From: Squalus acanthias
Taxonomy: Eukaryota
DNA length: 64,000 bases
Assembly (NCBI GenBank): GCA_030390025.1
Contig: JASTWF010000322.1
Location: 186,001 to 250,000, forward strand
Reading direction: 5' to 3'
Under the pieces are notes generated by a model, which worked only from the letters and a program-made list of their open reading frames with translations, did no database searches and was not told where the DNA came from. Position numbers and translations under genes: made by a program. Shown in pieces: positions 1-11,539 of this stretch (position 1 is its first letter; every line of letters starts with the position of its first letter).

Positions 1-340
1 TATATGCCTATAGAAGATTTTTGGATTACCTTTTATGTTGGCTGCCATTCTATTCTCATACCCTCTCTTTGCCCCTCTTATTTTCTTTTTCACTTCTCCT
101 CTGAACTTTCTATATTTAACCTGATCATGGCTGATCTTCGACCTCAACTCCACTTTCCCGCCCGATCCCCATATCCCTTGATTCCCCTAGAGTCCAAAAA
201 TCTCTCGATCTCTGTCTTGAATATACTCAATGACTGAGCCTCCACAGCCCTCTGTGGCAGAGAATTCCAAAGATTCACCACCCTCTGAGTGAAGAAATTC
301 CTCCTCATCTCAGTCCTAAATGGCCGACCCCTTATCCTGT
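1..340 (-). mobile_element. CR1 LINE fragments (ORF2 internal piece plus ORF2 C-terminus/3' UTR)
   Basis: Minus-strand translation [29 protein letters not shown] is the CR1 ORF2 C-terminus; 1-60 reverse-translates to NPKIFYRHI, as in the CR1 copy at 49596. Confidence 0.85.
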
Positions 341-814
341 TGTTGCTGGTTAGCCCAGTTGCCAATACACTCCTAACCCCCACCGTCTGATTCTGCCCGC
401 CAGGAAAACCAGCCACCGCCCTGATTTACATTTTCCTTTTTGCAATTCCGCTTGTTGTTTATTGCAACAGCGAAAAGTACTGACAAACACTGCGGAACAC
501 TGAGGCTTACCAATCTCACAGACCGGCAGTGGCGTTCCAGAGCCACATCACAATTTAAAAAGTGACGCGGACCAGAGGAAGCAGCTGATTGGGTGAGTAC
601 GGCCAGGTGAGTATTTATACTACTCTGTAGTTTGACAGTTAAGGTTAATAGTTTATAAAGTTTAGAAGGTCCTCATTTTTGTGGTTATAGTTTCTAAGGT
701 CTCTGTTGTGTAGCAGGGAGTGCTAGTATACAAGGGCCCTTGAGTATATCATTTAATTGTAGTGTAATTTGTGGTATTGATTTGAGTTAATTTAAATGAA
801 TTAAAGGATAAGTC

Positions 815-1766
815 ATGGCAGCACAGCTCAGCCCTGTGGCATGCTCCTCCTGCACTATGTGGGAAATCAGGGACAATTCCTGTGTCCCTGTTGACCATGT
901 ATGCGGGAAGTGTATCCAGCTGCAGCTACTGGCAGACCGCATTGCGGCGCTGGAGCTGCGAATGGATGCATACTGGAGCAGTCGCGATGCTGAGGACATC
1001 GTGGATAGCACGTTTAGGGAGTTGGTCACACCGCAGGTAAAGGCTGCACAGGCAGGAAGGGAATGGGTGACCACCAGGCAGAGTAGTAGGCACAGGCAGG
1101 TAGTGCAGGGGGGTCCCCTGTGGACATCCCCCTCTCAAACAGATATACCACTTTGGATATTGTTGAGGGAGATGGCTTATTGGGGGAAGGCAGCAGCAGC
1201 CAACTTCCTGGCACCATGGGTGGTTCTGCTGCACAGGACGGGAGGAAAAAGGGTGGTAGAGCTATAGTGATAGGGGTTCTATTGTAAGGGGAATAGATAG
1301 GCGTTTCTACGGCCGCAAACGAGACTCCAGGATGGTATGTTGCCTCCCTGGTGCAAGGGTCAAGGATGTCTCGGAGCGGCTGCAGGGCATTCTGGAGGGG
1401 GAGGGTGAACAGCCAGTTGTCGTGGTGCATATAAGTACCAACGATATAGGTAAAAAATGGGATGAGGTCCTAAAAGCTGAATATAGGGAGTTAGGAGGTA
1501 AATTAAAAAATAGGACCTCAAAGGTAGTAATCTCAGGATTGCTACCGGTGCCACGTGCTAGTCAGAGTAGAAATAGAAGGATATTTCAGATGAATACGTG
1601 GCTAGAGGAATGGTGCAAGGGGGAGGGATTCAAATTCCTGGGACATTGGAACCGGTTCTGGGGGAGGTGGGACCACTACAAACTGGACGGGTTGCACCTG
1701 GGCAGGACCGGGACCGATGTCCTAGGGGGAGTGTTTGCTAGTGCTGTTGGGGAGGGTTTAAACTAA
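815..1766 (+). pseudogene. CR1 ORF1 (N-terminal Cys/His zinc finger and coiled coil, C-terminal SGNH esterase-like domain), frameshifted
   Basis: CSSCTMW...HVCGKC in ORF 815-1267; CLPGARV...VVVHISTND...DGLHL in ORF 1332-1766; split across frames. Confidence 0.88.
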
Positions 1767-1951
1767 AATGGCAGGGGGTTGAGAACCTGTGCAGGGAAAC
1801 AGAGGAAAGAGAAGCAAGGATAGAAGCAAAAGACAGGAAGGAGAAAAGCAAAAGTGGAAGGCAGAGAAATCAAGGGTGTAAATCAAACAGGGCTACAGTA
1901 AATAATAATTCTAAAAGGAATAAGAGTGCTAAAAAAACAAGCCTGAAGGCT

Positions 1952-3870
1952 TTGTGTCTTAATGCGAGGAGCATTCGTAATAAGGTGGATGAATTAGCTG
2001 CGCAAATAGATGTAAACGGATATGATATAATTGGGATTACGGAGACGTGGCTCCAGGGTGACCAAGGCTGGGAATTCAACATCCAGGGGTATTCAATATT
2101 CAGGAAGGACAGACAAAAAGGAAAAGGAGGTGGGGTAGCATTGCTGGTTAAAGAGGAGATTAATACAATAGTAAGGAAGGATATTAGCTCTGATGATGTG
2201 GAATCTGTATGGGTAGAACTGAGAAATAACAAGGGGCAGAAAACGTTAGTGGGAGTTGTATACAGACCCCCGAACAGTAATGCTGAGGTTGGGGATGGCA
2301 TTAAACGGGAAATTAGAGATGCGTGCAATAAGGGCACAGCAGTTATCATGGGTGACTTTAATCTACATATAGATTGGGCTAACCAAATTAGTAACAATAC
2401 TGTGGAGGAGGAATTCCTAGAATGTATACAGGATGGTTTCCTGGACCAATATGTCGAGGAACCAACTAGAGATCAGGCCATCTTAGACTGGGTATTATGT
2501 AATGAGAAAGGATTAATTAGCAATCTTGTTGTGCGAGTCCCCTTGGGGAGGAGCGATCATAATATGATAGAATTCTTCATTAAGATGGAGAGTGAAGTAG
2601 TTGACTCAGAGACTAGGATCCTGAATTTAAATAAAGGAAACTACGATGGTATGAGGCGCGAGTTGGCTAAGATGGATTGGGGAGTGTTACTTAAAGGGTT
2701 GACGGTGGATAGGCAATGGCAAACATTTAAAGATCGCATGGATGAACTACAGAATTTGTTCATCTCTGTTTGGACTTTCAGAAGGCTTTCGATAACGTCC
2801 CGCATAAGAGATTAGCGTGCAAAGTTAAAGCACATGGGATTGGGGGTAAGGTATTGATTTGGATAGAGAACTGGTTGGCAGACAGGAAGCAAAGAGTTGG
2901 AATAAACGGGTCTTTTTCCGAGTGGCAGGCAGTGACTAGTGGGGTACCGCAGGGATCGGTGCTAGGACCCCAGCTATTCACAATATATATTAATGATCTA
3001 GAAGAGGGAACTAGATGTAATATCTCTAAGTTTGCAGATGACACAAAGCTGGGTGGCCGTGTGTGCTGTGAGGAGGATGCAGAGAAACTCCAGTATGATT
3101 TGGACAGGTTGGGTGATTGGGCAGACGCATGGCAGATGCAGTATAATGTGGATAAATGCGAGGTTATCCACTTTGGTGGCAAAAACAGGAAGACAGATTA
3201 TTATCTGAACAGCAATAGATTGGGAAAAGGGGAAGTGCAACGAGATCTGGGAGTCCTTGTGCACCAGTCGCTGAAGGTAAGCATGCAGGTGCAGCAGGCG
3301 GTTAAGAAGGCAAATGGTATGTTGGCCTTCATAGCGAGAGGATTCGAGTACAGGAGCAAGGATGTCTTGCTGCAGTTGTACAGGGCCTTGGTGAGACCAC
3401 ACCTTGAGTATTGTGTGCAGTTTTGGTCGCCTTATCAGAGGAAGGATGTTCTTGCCATGGAGGGAGTGCAGCGAAGATTTACCAGACTGATACCTGGGAT
3501 GGCAGGAATGACGTATGAAGAGAGATTGGGTCGATTAGGCTTATATTCGCTAGAGTTTAGAAGAATGAGAGGGGATCTCATTGAAACTTATAAAATTCTA
3601 ACAGGACTAGACAGACTAGATGCAGGAAGGATGTTCCCGATGGCGGGGGAGTCCAGAACCAGGGGTCACAGTCTAAGGATAAGGGGTAAGCCATTTAGGA
3701 CTGAGATGAGGAGGAATTTCTTCACCCAGAGAGTGGTGAACCTGTGGAATTCTCTACCACAGAAGGCAGTTGAGTCCAATTCATTAAATGTATTCAAGAA
3801 GGAGTTGGATATATTTCTTAAGGCTAAAGGGATCAAGGGATATGGGGAGAAGGCAGGGACAGGGTACTGA
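1952..3870 (+). pseudogene. CR1 ORF2: AP endonuclease joined out of frame to the C-terminal part of the RT
   Basis: CLNARS, GITETW, GDFN and SDH endonuclease motifs; [17 protein letters not shown] and FADD RT motifs; the intervening region is missing at about 2770. Confidence 0.9.
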
Positions 3871-3997
3871 GTTTGGATGATCAGCCATGATCGCATTGAA
3901 TGGCGGAACAGGCTCGAGGGGCCGAATGGCCTACTCCTGCTCCTATCTTCTATGTTTCTATGATTCTGAAATATCAGCAGAAATCGCCGCAATTCAG

Positions 3998-4395
3998 TAC
4001 AGCAGCGTAGCGGTTAAGTCACTGGACTAGTAATCCAGGGGCTTGGACTGATGATCCAGAGACACGAGTTCAAATCCCACCACGGCGACTGGGGAATTTC
4101 AATTCAGTTAATGAAATAAATCTGGAATAAAAAGCTTGTATCAGTAATGGTGACCATGAAACTATCGGATTGTCGTAAAAACTCATCCGGTTCCCTACTG
4201 TCCATGAGGGCGGGAAATCTGCTGCCCTTACCCGGTCTAGCCGATATGTGACTCCAGACCCACTGCAACGTGGTTGACTCTTAACTGCCCCTCTGAAATG
4301 GCGGCTCACCACCACCTTCTCGAGGGCAATTAGGGACTGCCAATAAATGCTGGCCTTGCCAGCGACGCCCACATCCCAGGAACCAATAAAAAAAA
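3998..4395 (+). mobile_element. tRNA-derived SINE with a LINE-derived 3' tail
   Basis: A-box-like tagcggttaag and B-box gagttcaaatccc; tail 4300-4395 matches the LINE 3' ends at about 43285-43383 and 63753-63847. Confidence 0.8.
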
Positions 4396-4396
4396 T

Positions 4397-5292
4397 TACC
4401 CAGAATGGTACCAGGGATGAGGGACTTCAGTGATGTGGAGAGACTGGAGAAGCTGGGATTGTTCTCCTTGGAGCAGAGAAGATTAAGGAGGAGATTGACC
4501 AGAATGGTTCCAGGGATGAGGGACTTCAGTGATGTGGAGAGACTGGAGAAGCTGGGGTTGTTCTCCTTAGAGCAGAGAAGGTTAAGGGGGAGATTGACCA
4601 GAATGGTACCAGGGATGAGGGACTTCAGTGATGTGGAGAGACTGGAGAAGCTGGGGTCGTTCTCCTTAGAGCAGAGAAGGTTAAGGGGAGATGTACCAGG
4701 GATGAGGGACTTCAGTGATGTGGAGAGACTGGAGAAGCTGGGATTGTTCTCCTTCGAGCAGAGAAGGTTAAGAGGAGATTTAATGGAGGTGTTCAAAATT
4801 ACAAAGGGTTTTGATAGAGTAAATAAGGAGAAACTGTTTCCAGTGGCAGGAGAGTCGGTAACCAGAGGACACAGATTGAAGATAATTGGCAAAAGAACCA
4901 GAGGGGGAGATGAGGAAACATTTCTTTACGCAGCGAGTTGTTGTGATCTGGAACGCGCTGCCTGAAAGGGCGGTGGAAGCAGATTCAATAGTAACTTTCA
5001 AAAGGGGAATTGGAGAAATCCTTGGCAAAAGATCTAGAGGGGCGATGAGGAGAGATTTGTTCACACTGAGAGTTGTGGGGATCGGGAACGCTCGATCTGA
5101 AAGGGCGGGTGAAGCTGATTCCGTCAATAATTGTAAAAGGGAGTTGGACGGGTAACTGAGGACGAGGAGCTTCCAGGGTTATGGACAAACAGCGGGGGGT
5201 GCGGTGGGACTGAGCACGACTGCTCGTTCAAAGAGACGGCACAGGCACGACGGGCCGAATGGCCTCCTCCTGCGCTGTAAGTATCTACGATT
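4397..5292 (+). mobile_element. CR1 3' fragment(s) with about 4 copies of a 99-bp internal tandem repeat
   Basis: Repeated LTRMVPGMRDFSDVERLEKLGLFSLEQRRLRG, then CR1 C-terminus and 3' UTR. Confidence 0.85.
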
Positions 5293-5678
5293 CAAAGAGC
5301 TGCTGTTGTATTGCTAAACCCATGCGTTCTGCTTGCAGGAAGTCCAACGGAAGTCACGCTCCCCCGAGCCTGGATATCCTGCCTCTTCCCCACTCTGCCG
5401 TCCTTGCTATTGGCTGGTGACACGCCAATCATTCCAAATCCCCCATCACCGCCCCTCCCATCCCCTCGCCGGTTGAGAAAGTTTGTGGCTTGTGGTTTGT
5501 ACTCGCTCCTGAAATAACATCTTAAAGAAAGAGTCGCCCCCCACCCCCCGCAAGCATTAAAACCGAACACCAAACGAAACTGCCCCCCTTTTAAACCAAT
5601 AAATAACTTGGAAATAAAAACAGGAAATGCCGGAGCCACTCAGCAGGTCAGGCAGCGTCCACAGGGAGTGAGAAACAG

Positions 5679-5715
5679 AGTTAACGTTTCAGGTCGATGA
5701 CCCTTCGTCAGAGCT
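5679..5715 (-). ncRNA. Minimal hammerhead ribozyme motif, family A (one stem I mismatch)
   Basis: agct CUGACGA a ggguc-auc-gaccu GAAA cgUU aacu. Confidence 0.7.
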
Positions 5716-5751
5716 GGAAAAAGTTCGAGATGTGACAGAATTTAAGTAATT

Positions 5752-6928
5752 ACATAGAAGATAGGAGCAGGAGTAGGCCATTCGGCCCCTCGAGCCTGCT
5801 CCGCCATTCGATGAGATCATGGCTGATCATCCAAACTCAGTACCCTGTCCCTGCTTTCTCTCCATATCCCTTGATCCCTTTAGCCTTAAGAAATATATCC
5901 AACTCATTCTTGAATATATTTAATGACTTGGCCTCAACTACCTTCTGTGGTAGAGAATTCCACAGGTTCACCACTTTCTGGGTGAAGAAATTCTTCCTCA
6001 TCTCTGTCCTAAATGGCTTACCCCTTATCCTTAGACTGTGACCCCTGGTTCTGGACTCCCCGACCATCGGGAACATCCTTCCTGCATCTAGTTTGTCCAG
6101 ACCTGTCAGAATTTTATATGTTTCAACGAGATCCCCTCTCGTTCTTCTATACTCCAGCGAGTATAAGCCCAATCGACCCAATCTCTCCTCATATGTCATT
6201 CCTGCCATCCCAGGTATCAGCCTTGTGAATCTTCGCTGAACTCCTTCCATGGCAAGAACATCCTTCCTTAGATAAGGTGACCAAAACTGCACACAGTACT
6301 CAAGGTGTGGTCTCACCAAGGCCCTGTACAACTGCAGCAAGACATCCTTGTTCCTGTACTCAAACCCTTTCGCTATGAAGGCCAACATACCATTTGCCTT
6401 CTTCACCGCCTGCTGCACCTGCATGCTTACCTTCAGCGACTGGTGCACAAGGACACCCAGGTCTCGTTGCACTTCCCCTTCTCCCAATCTATTGCCATTC
6501 AGATAATAATCTGCCTTTCTGTTTTTGACACCAAAGTGGATAACCTCGCATTTATCCACGTTATATTGCATCTGTCACGCTTCTGCCCACTCACCCAACC
6601 TGTCCAAATCATCCTGGAGTTTCTCGGTATCCTCCTCGCAGCACACACGCCCACCCAGCTTTGTGTCATCTGCAAACTTGGAGATATTACATTTAGTTCC
6701 CTTATCTAGATCATTAATGTATATTGTGAATAGCTGGGGTCCAAGGACTGATCCCTGCGGTACCCCACTAGTCACTGCTTGCCACTCGGAAAAAGACCCA
6801 TTAATTCCTACTCTCTGCTTTCTGTCCGCCAACCAGTTGTCTATCCAAGTCAATACCTTGCCCCCAATCCCATGTGCCTTAACTTTACACGCTAATCTCT
6901 TATGCGGGACCTTATCGAAAGCCTTTTG
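5752..6928 (-). mobile_element. 5'-truncated CR1 LINE (RT to 3' UTR)
   Basis: ORFs 6575-6853 (FADD) and 5837-6571, nearly identical to 2770-3870; in-frame stop between them. Confidence 0.92.
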
Positions 6929-7419
6929 AAAGGGGGGAGGGGAGGAAAGAACAAAAGGGAAGGTCTGTGATGGGGTGGAAGGCAGGAGAGATTAAATGAC
7001 AAAAGGGATGATGGTGCAAGGTGAGAGGAGATGGTAATGGGACGAGTAAAGGAACAAAAGATGGGTCGAGAGGAGGTGTAAATGGGAATGGCTGAATCAG
7101 CACCTGATTCGAGAAAATGGGAGCAGTGGTTATGATCTGAAATTGTTGAACTCGATGTTGAGTCCAGAAGGCTGTAAAGTGCCTGATCGAAAGATGAGGT
7201 GCTGTTCCTCGAGCTTACGTTGAGCTTCATTGGAACAATGCAAGAGGCCGAGGACGGTGAGGTCAGAGTGGGAGTGGAGCGGAGAATTAAAGTGACAGGC
7301 CACCGGAAGCTCGGGGTCCCCCTCACGGACTGAACGGAGGTGTTCCGCAAAGTGGTCGCCCAACCTGCGATCAGTCTCCCCAATGTAGAGGAGACCACAT
7401 CACGAGCAGCCAATACAGT

Positions 7420-8200
7420 ATCAAACCTTTATCAAACACTGGTTCGGCCTCAACTGGAGTATTGTGTCCAATTCTGGGCGCCGTACTTTAGGAAGGATGT
7501 GAAGACCTTGGAGAGGGGGCAGAAAAGATTTACGAGAATGGTACCAGGGATGAGGGACTTCAGTGATGTGGAGAGACTGGAGAAGCTGGGATTGTTCTCC
7601 TTGGAGCAGAGAAGGTTAAGGGGAGATTGACCAGAATGGTACCAGGGATGAGGGACTTCAGTGATGTGGAGAGACTGGAGAAGCTGGGGTTGTTCTCCTT
7701 GGAGCAGAGAAGGTTAAGGGGAGATTGACCAGAATGGTACCAGGGATGAGGGACTTCAGTGATGTGGATAGACTGGAGAAGCTGGGGTTGTTCTCCTTGG
7801 AGCAGAGAAGATTGAGAGGAGATTTGATAGAGGTGTTTAAAATCATGAGGGGTCTAGACAGAGTAGATAGAGAGAAACTGTTCCCATTGGCGGAAGGGTC
7901 GAGAACCAGAGGACACAGATTCAAGGTGATTGGCAGAAGAACCAAAGGCGACATGAGGAATAACATTTTTACGCAGCGAGTGGTGAGGATCTGGAATGCG
8001 CTGCCTGAGAGGGAGGTGGAGGCAGACTCAATCGTGGCTTTCAAAAGGGGAATTGGATAAGTACCTGAAGGAAAAAAATTTGCAGGGCTACGGGGAAAGG
8101 GCGAGGGGAGTGGGACTAGCTGAAGTGCTCTTGCAGAGAGCCGGCACGGGCTCGAGGGGCCGAATGGGCCTCCTTCTGCGCTGTAACCATTCTATGATTC
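7420..8200 (+). mobile_element. CR1 3' fragment with about 3 copies of the 98-99-bp repeat
   Basis: [19 protein letters not shown], repeated MVPGMRDFSDV, tail ttctatgattct. Confidence 0.88.
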
Positions 8201-9285
8201 TAGTGTACTAAATTGCAAGAAGTACAAGTAAATCGCTGTTCCACCTGGGGAATAAAGTAATTCTCTGTCGTCTTTCCCAACCCCCACCTCCAATACTTTT
8301 ATACGGACAAAAATCTTCAAGGAAAATGGAATAAAAACACACGTGTGCGATTGTTTTCTTAACGCCCCTACGGTTTCCCTCTCCCGGTGTTGCCCCCAGC
8401 AGTGACCGGGAGATTAATCTTCAATTCTTGGAGACTCCGAGACAGTCCTGGGGCGGTGGCGACCTGCAGCGTAAGTGAAACAGTTTGGGCTGGATTTTGC
8501 CAATGGGGTGCTTTTGGAGGCGGGACTCCCACTTGTCGGGTTTTAGTCCCGCTTCCATCGACTTCTGGCCAACCCACGCTATTTTCCCTTGATTGACCTG
8601 GTGAAGCCCGCCCAGCGGGCTGAGCAGGCCGATTAATGGGAAGCTGGATACAGAGAATGTCAGCGTATGACCATTTCATCTGTCGAAAATTTTTGACAGG
8701 TGAATTGTCATCATTTGACAGCTCTGTGAAGCTGTCAAACACTGACATTCTCTGTAGTTTGATGAGTTCTTGAATTCAAGACCTCATCAAACCTCTTTCT
8801 TCAGCAGAAATTAGATGGTTGCTGCATTGGAGAATGCAACGACCATCTGTCATCTCTACCGCGGAGATGCGAGACTCTCCGCATCCCCAACGATTGAAGT
8901 CTGCAGGAAGAAACAAAGGTTAATACACTTTTTCTAACACTTTGCACTTACCTCAGACACTCACCTCTCCACACTTGCACCCATCACTCACCTCCACAGC
9001 GCACTTTTGCACCCCTCCGACCCCCGCAGACCCAGTACTCGCCTCGCTGACCCTGGCGGGTTTCGGAGCCTTCAGGCTGTAATCCCCTTCCCGCCTCCAA
9101 GGAGACGGGACCCGGTGCGGGTCGACTACCCGCCTCCTGGCAAGATGGCACGGAGGCGGCACGGAGGCGGGATGGGCACCTGCCCCCAGATTCTGCCATT
9201 TTCCCGGCAGTCCCGCCTCCATACCCGCCTCCCCAGGGCTGTCGAGATCGCGCCCAACCTCTCTCTCAGGAATGTCCTGTTATCT

Positions 9286-9665
9286 GAGAAGTCGCACAAC
9301 ACCAGGTTATAGTCCAACCGCTTTATTTGAAATCACAAGTTTTCGGAGCGCTGCTCCTTCGTCAGGTGAAGTGAAGAGATGCATATAGGCACAGCATATA
9401 TAGTCAGAGAACACTGCCAGGTGACTACAGTTAATCTTTCTAACTGAGGTGTGATAAAGGGCAGTTAGAAAGATTAACTGTAGTCATCTGGCTGTGTTCT
9501 CTGACTATATATGCTGTGACTATATGCATCTCTTCACTTCACCTGACGAAGGAGCAGTGCTCCGAAAGCTTGTAATTTCAAATAAAGCGGTTGGACTATA
9601 ACCTGGTGTTGTGCGACTTCTCACATTTGTCCACCCCCAGTCCAACACCGGCATCTCCGCATCAC
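9286..9665. mobile_element. Penelope family B pseudo-LTR inverted pair
   Basis: 9286-9445 is the reverse complement of about 9460-9622; each arm carries a mutated hammerhead motif. Confidence 0.82.
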
Positions 9666-9934
9666 GGCTGTTATCTGAGCACCAGTTCACTTCTGGCTTT
9701 GCATTGGTGCTTGCAAATCTACTGCTGAAGCGGTTTCCAATCGGACCGGGTCTTTGGGTATCTGAGCAACCACCGCCCCTGACCACCGCCCGACTCTGGG
9801 TGTTATCATAATCCTCAAACAACAACACCTTGCATCGATACAGCGCCTCTAACGTAGTCAAACGGCCCAAGGCGCTGTCGCAGGAGCGATTACCAAACAC
9901 AATTTGACGACCGAGCCACATCAGGAGATATTGG

Positions 9935-11326
9935 GGGGAGACCGAACGCAGATTTGGCGACCGCTTTGTGGAACTCCTCCGCTCAGTCCGTGAGGGGGAC
10001 CCCCTGAGCTCCGGTGGCCTGTCACTTTAATTCTCCGCTCCACTCCCGCTCTGACCTCACCGTCCTCGGCCTCTTGCATTGTTCCGCTGAAGCTCAGCAT
10101 AAGCTCGAGGAACAGCACCTCATCTTTCGATTAGGCACTTTACAGCCCTCTGGACTCGACATAGAGTTCAACAATTTCAGACCAGAACCTCTGCCCCTGT
10201 CGGTTTTTTTCCCATTTATTTTATTTTATTTATTCTTTTTGTTTTCTCTCTCCCACAGGCCAGCTGTCGAACATTCTGCCAGAGCCATTCACACTTCATC
10301 TAGAGCCATCTTTTGTTTCTTAACCTGTCCCATTACCATCTCCTCTTGCCTTGCACCATCTCTTAATGTCTCTTAATCTCTCCTGCCTTCCATCCTATCA
10401 CAGACCTTCCCTTTTGTTCTTTCCTCCCCTCCCCCCTTTCCCAGCCCCTACACTTGCTTAAAAATCTGTTCCATTTCCTGCTTTTTTCCAGTTCTGACGA
10501 AACGACCTGAAACGTTGGGCTGGATTTTGATACTGGGGCGGGTTGGGGTCTTGTTATCCACCCGACTGCAATTGGATGTGGGAGATTGATACAATTTTCA
10601 CTTAATTGGGCTATTGAGATCCAGCATGTGGGAACCCATGAACCAATCAGTGGTTTCAGTCTGAAAGTCGCCTCTGATGATGTCATCATTGCAGGTCAGA
10701 GGCTGCCTGGTCTCAGAGACTGCCTGGCCTTTGCTGTGAGAGGACCTGGATGCAAAAATGAGCAGCAACTCAGAGAGACAGAGAGAGAGACAGAGAGAGA
10801 GACAGACAGAGAGAGAGAGAGAATTTTTTTTGCAAATCAGGTGACTTTCAGACCTAATACTACTACTACCTTCATCACAATACTACTACTACCTTCATCA
10901 CATCTCCGTTGTAATAGTAGACCTGCAGCTGATAGTCAGCTATCCACTTGTGCTCCCGCCAGGTTTCACTGGCATGTTTCACACCAGGCGTACTTCACGT
11001 CGCTAAAACGTTTCCAAATGGCATTACAGAGCCAATTTAGGGCTTGTTAAGGGCTTTAATGGCCTCTCCCGCCTCTTGGAGGCGGGACGGAGTCGGGAAC
11101 CCCGCGACCGATTTTGTCAAAATTGCGTGGAGGCGGGATGGAGTCGGGACCCCCGAATCTGCAACTTTAACCCACCGCACGCCTCCAAACCTGACTCCAC
11201 GGGTCATTGAAAATCCAGCCCGTTAACTCTGTTTCTCTCTCCACAGATGCTGCCTGACCTGCTGAGTATTTCCAGCATTCGCTGTTTTTATTTCAGATTT
11301 CCAGCATCCGCAGTATTTTGCTTTTG
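9935..11326 (+). mobile_element. Penelope family A 3' fragment interrupted by a MITE
   Basis: GIY-YIG end ACHFNSPLH...GTLQPSGLDIEFNNFR; the pLTR stops at 10516 and resumes at 11222. Confidence 0.82.
10517..11221. mobile_element. Non-autonomous DNA transposon (PIF/Harbinger-like MITE)
   Basis: TIR gggctggatttt / aaaatccagccc; 3-bp TSD GTT at 10514-10516 and 11222-11224; second copy at 56879-57638. Confidence 0.82.
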
Positions 11327-11527
11327 TAAGGAGATGTTAGGGCAGGTGACCAAAAGCTTGGTCAAAGAGGTCGGTTTTAAGGAGAATCTTAAAGGAGGGG
11401 GGAGAGGCGGAGAGGTTTAGGGAGGGAATTCCAGAGCTCAGGGCCCCAGGCAGCTGAAGGCACGGCCGCCAATGGTGGAGCGATGGAAATCGGGGGATGC
11501 TCAAGAGGCCAGAATTGGAGGAGCGCA
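11327..11527 (-). mobile_element. L2 LINE 3' fragment
   Basis: Reverse complement of the L2 end at 14510-14670 (GGRAFS..GPELWNSLPK). Confidence 0.8.
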
Positions 11528-11539
11528 TTACAGTCAATT

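Larger units (their letters stand above)
541..3965 (+). mobile_element. Near full-length CR1 LINE (5' UTR, ORF1, ORF2 with internal deletion, 3' UTR with TTCTATG-type tail)
   Basis: Ordered ORF1 zinc finger, esterase, AP endonuclease and RT domains; ends in ctatcttctatgtttctatgattct. The 5' boundary is approximate. Confidence 0.92.
5610..7420 (-). mobile_element. Penelope-like element family A (GIY-YIG C-terminus, 3' region, pLTR), split by a CR1 insertion
   Basis: ORF 7130-7363 HFAEHLRSV...PVACHFNS...EQHLIFR.GTLQPSGLN is a GIY-YIG endonuclease end; the 3' region continues at 5610-5750. Confidence 0.82.

Noticed and set aside
3998..4085. tRNA gene
   Set aside because: A and B boxes are present, but it continues into a SINE body with a second copy at 41030; no clean cloverleaf seen
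8487..9255. Third Harbinger-like element starting gggctggatttt
   Set aside because: The right TIR is degenerate and there is no matching TSD, so boundaries could not be supported
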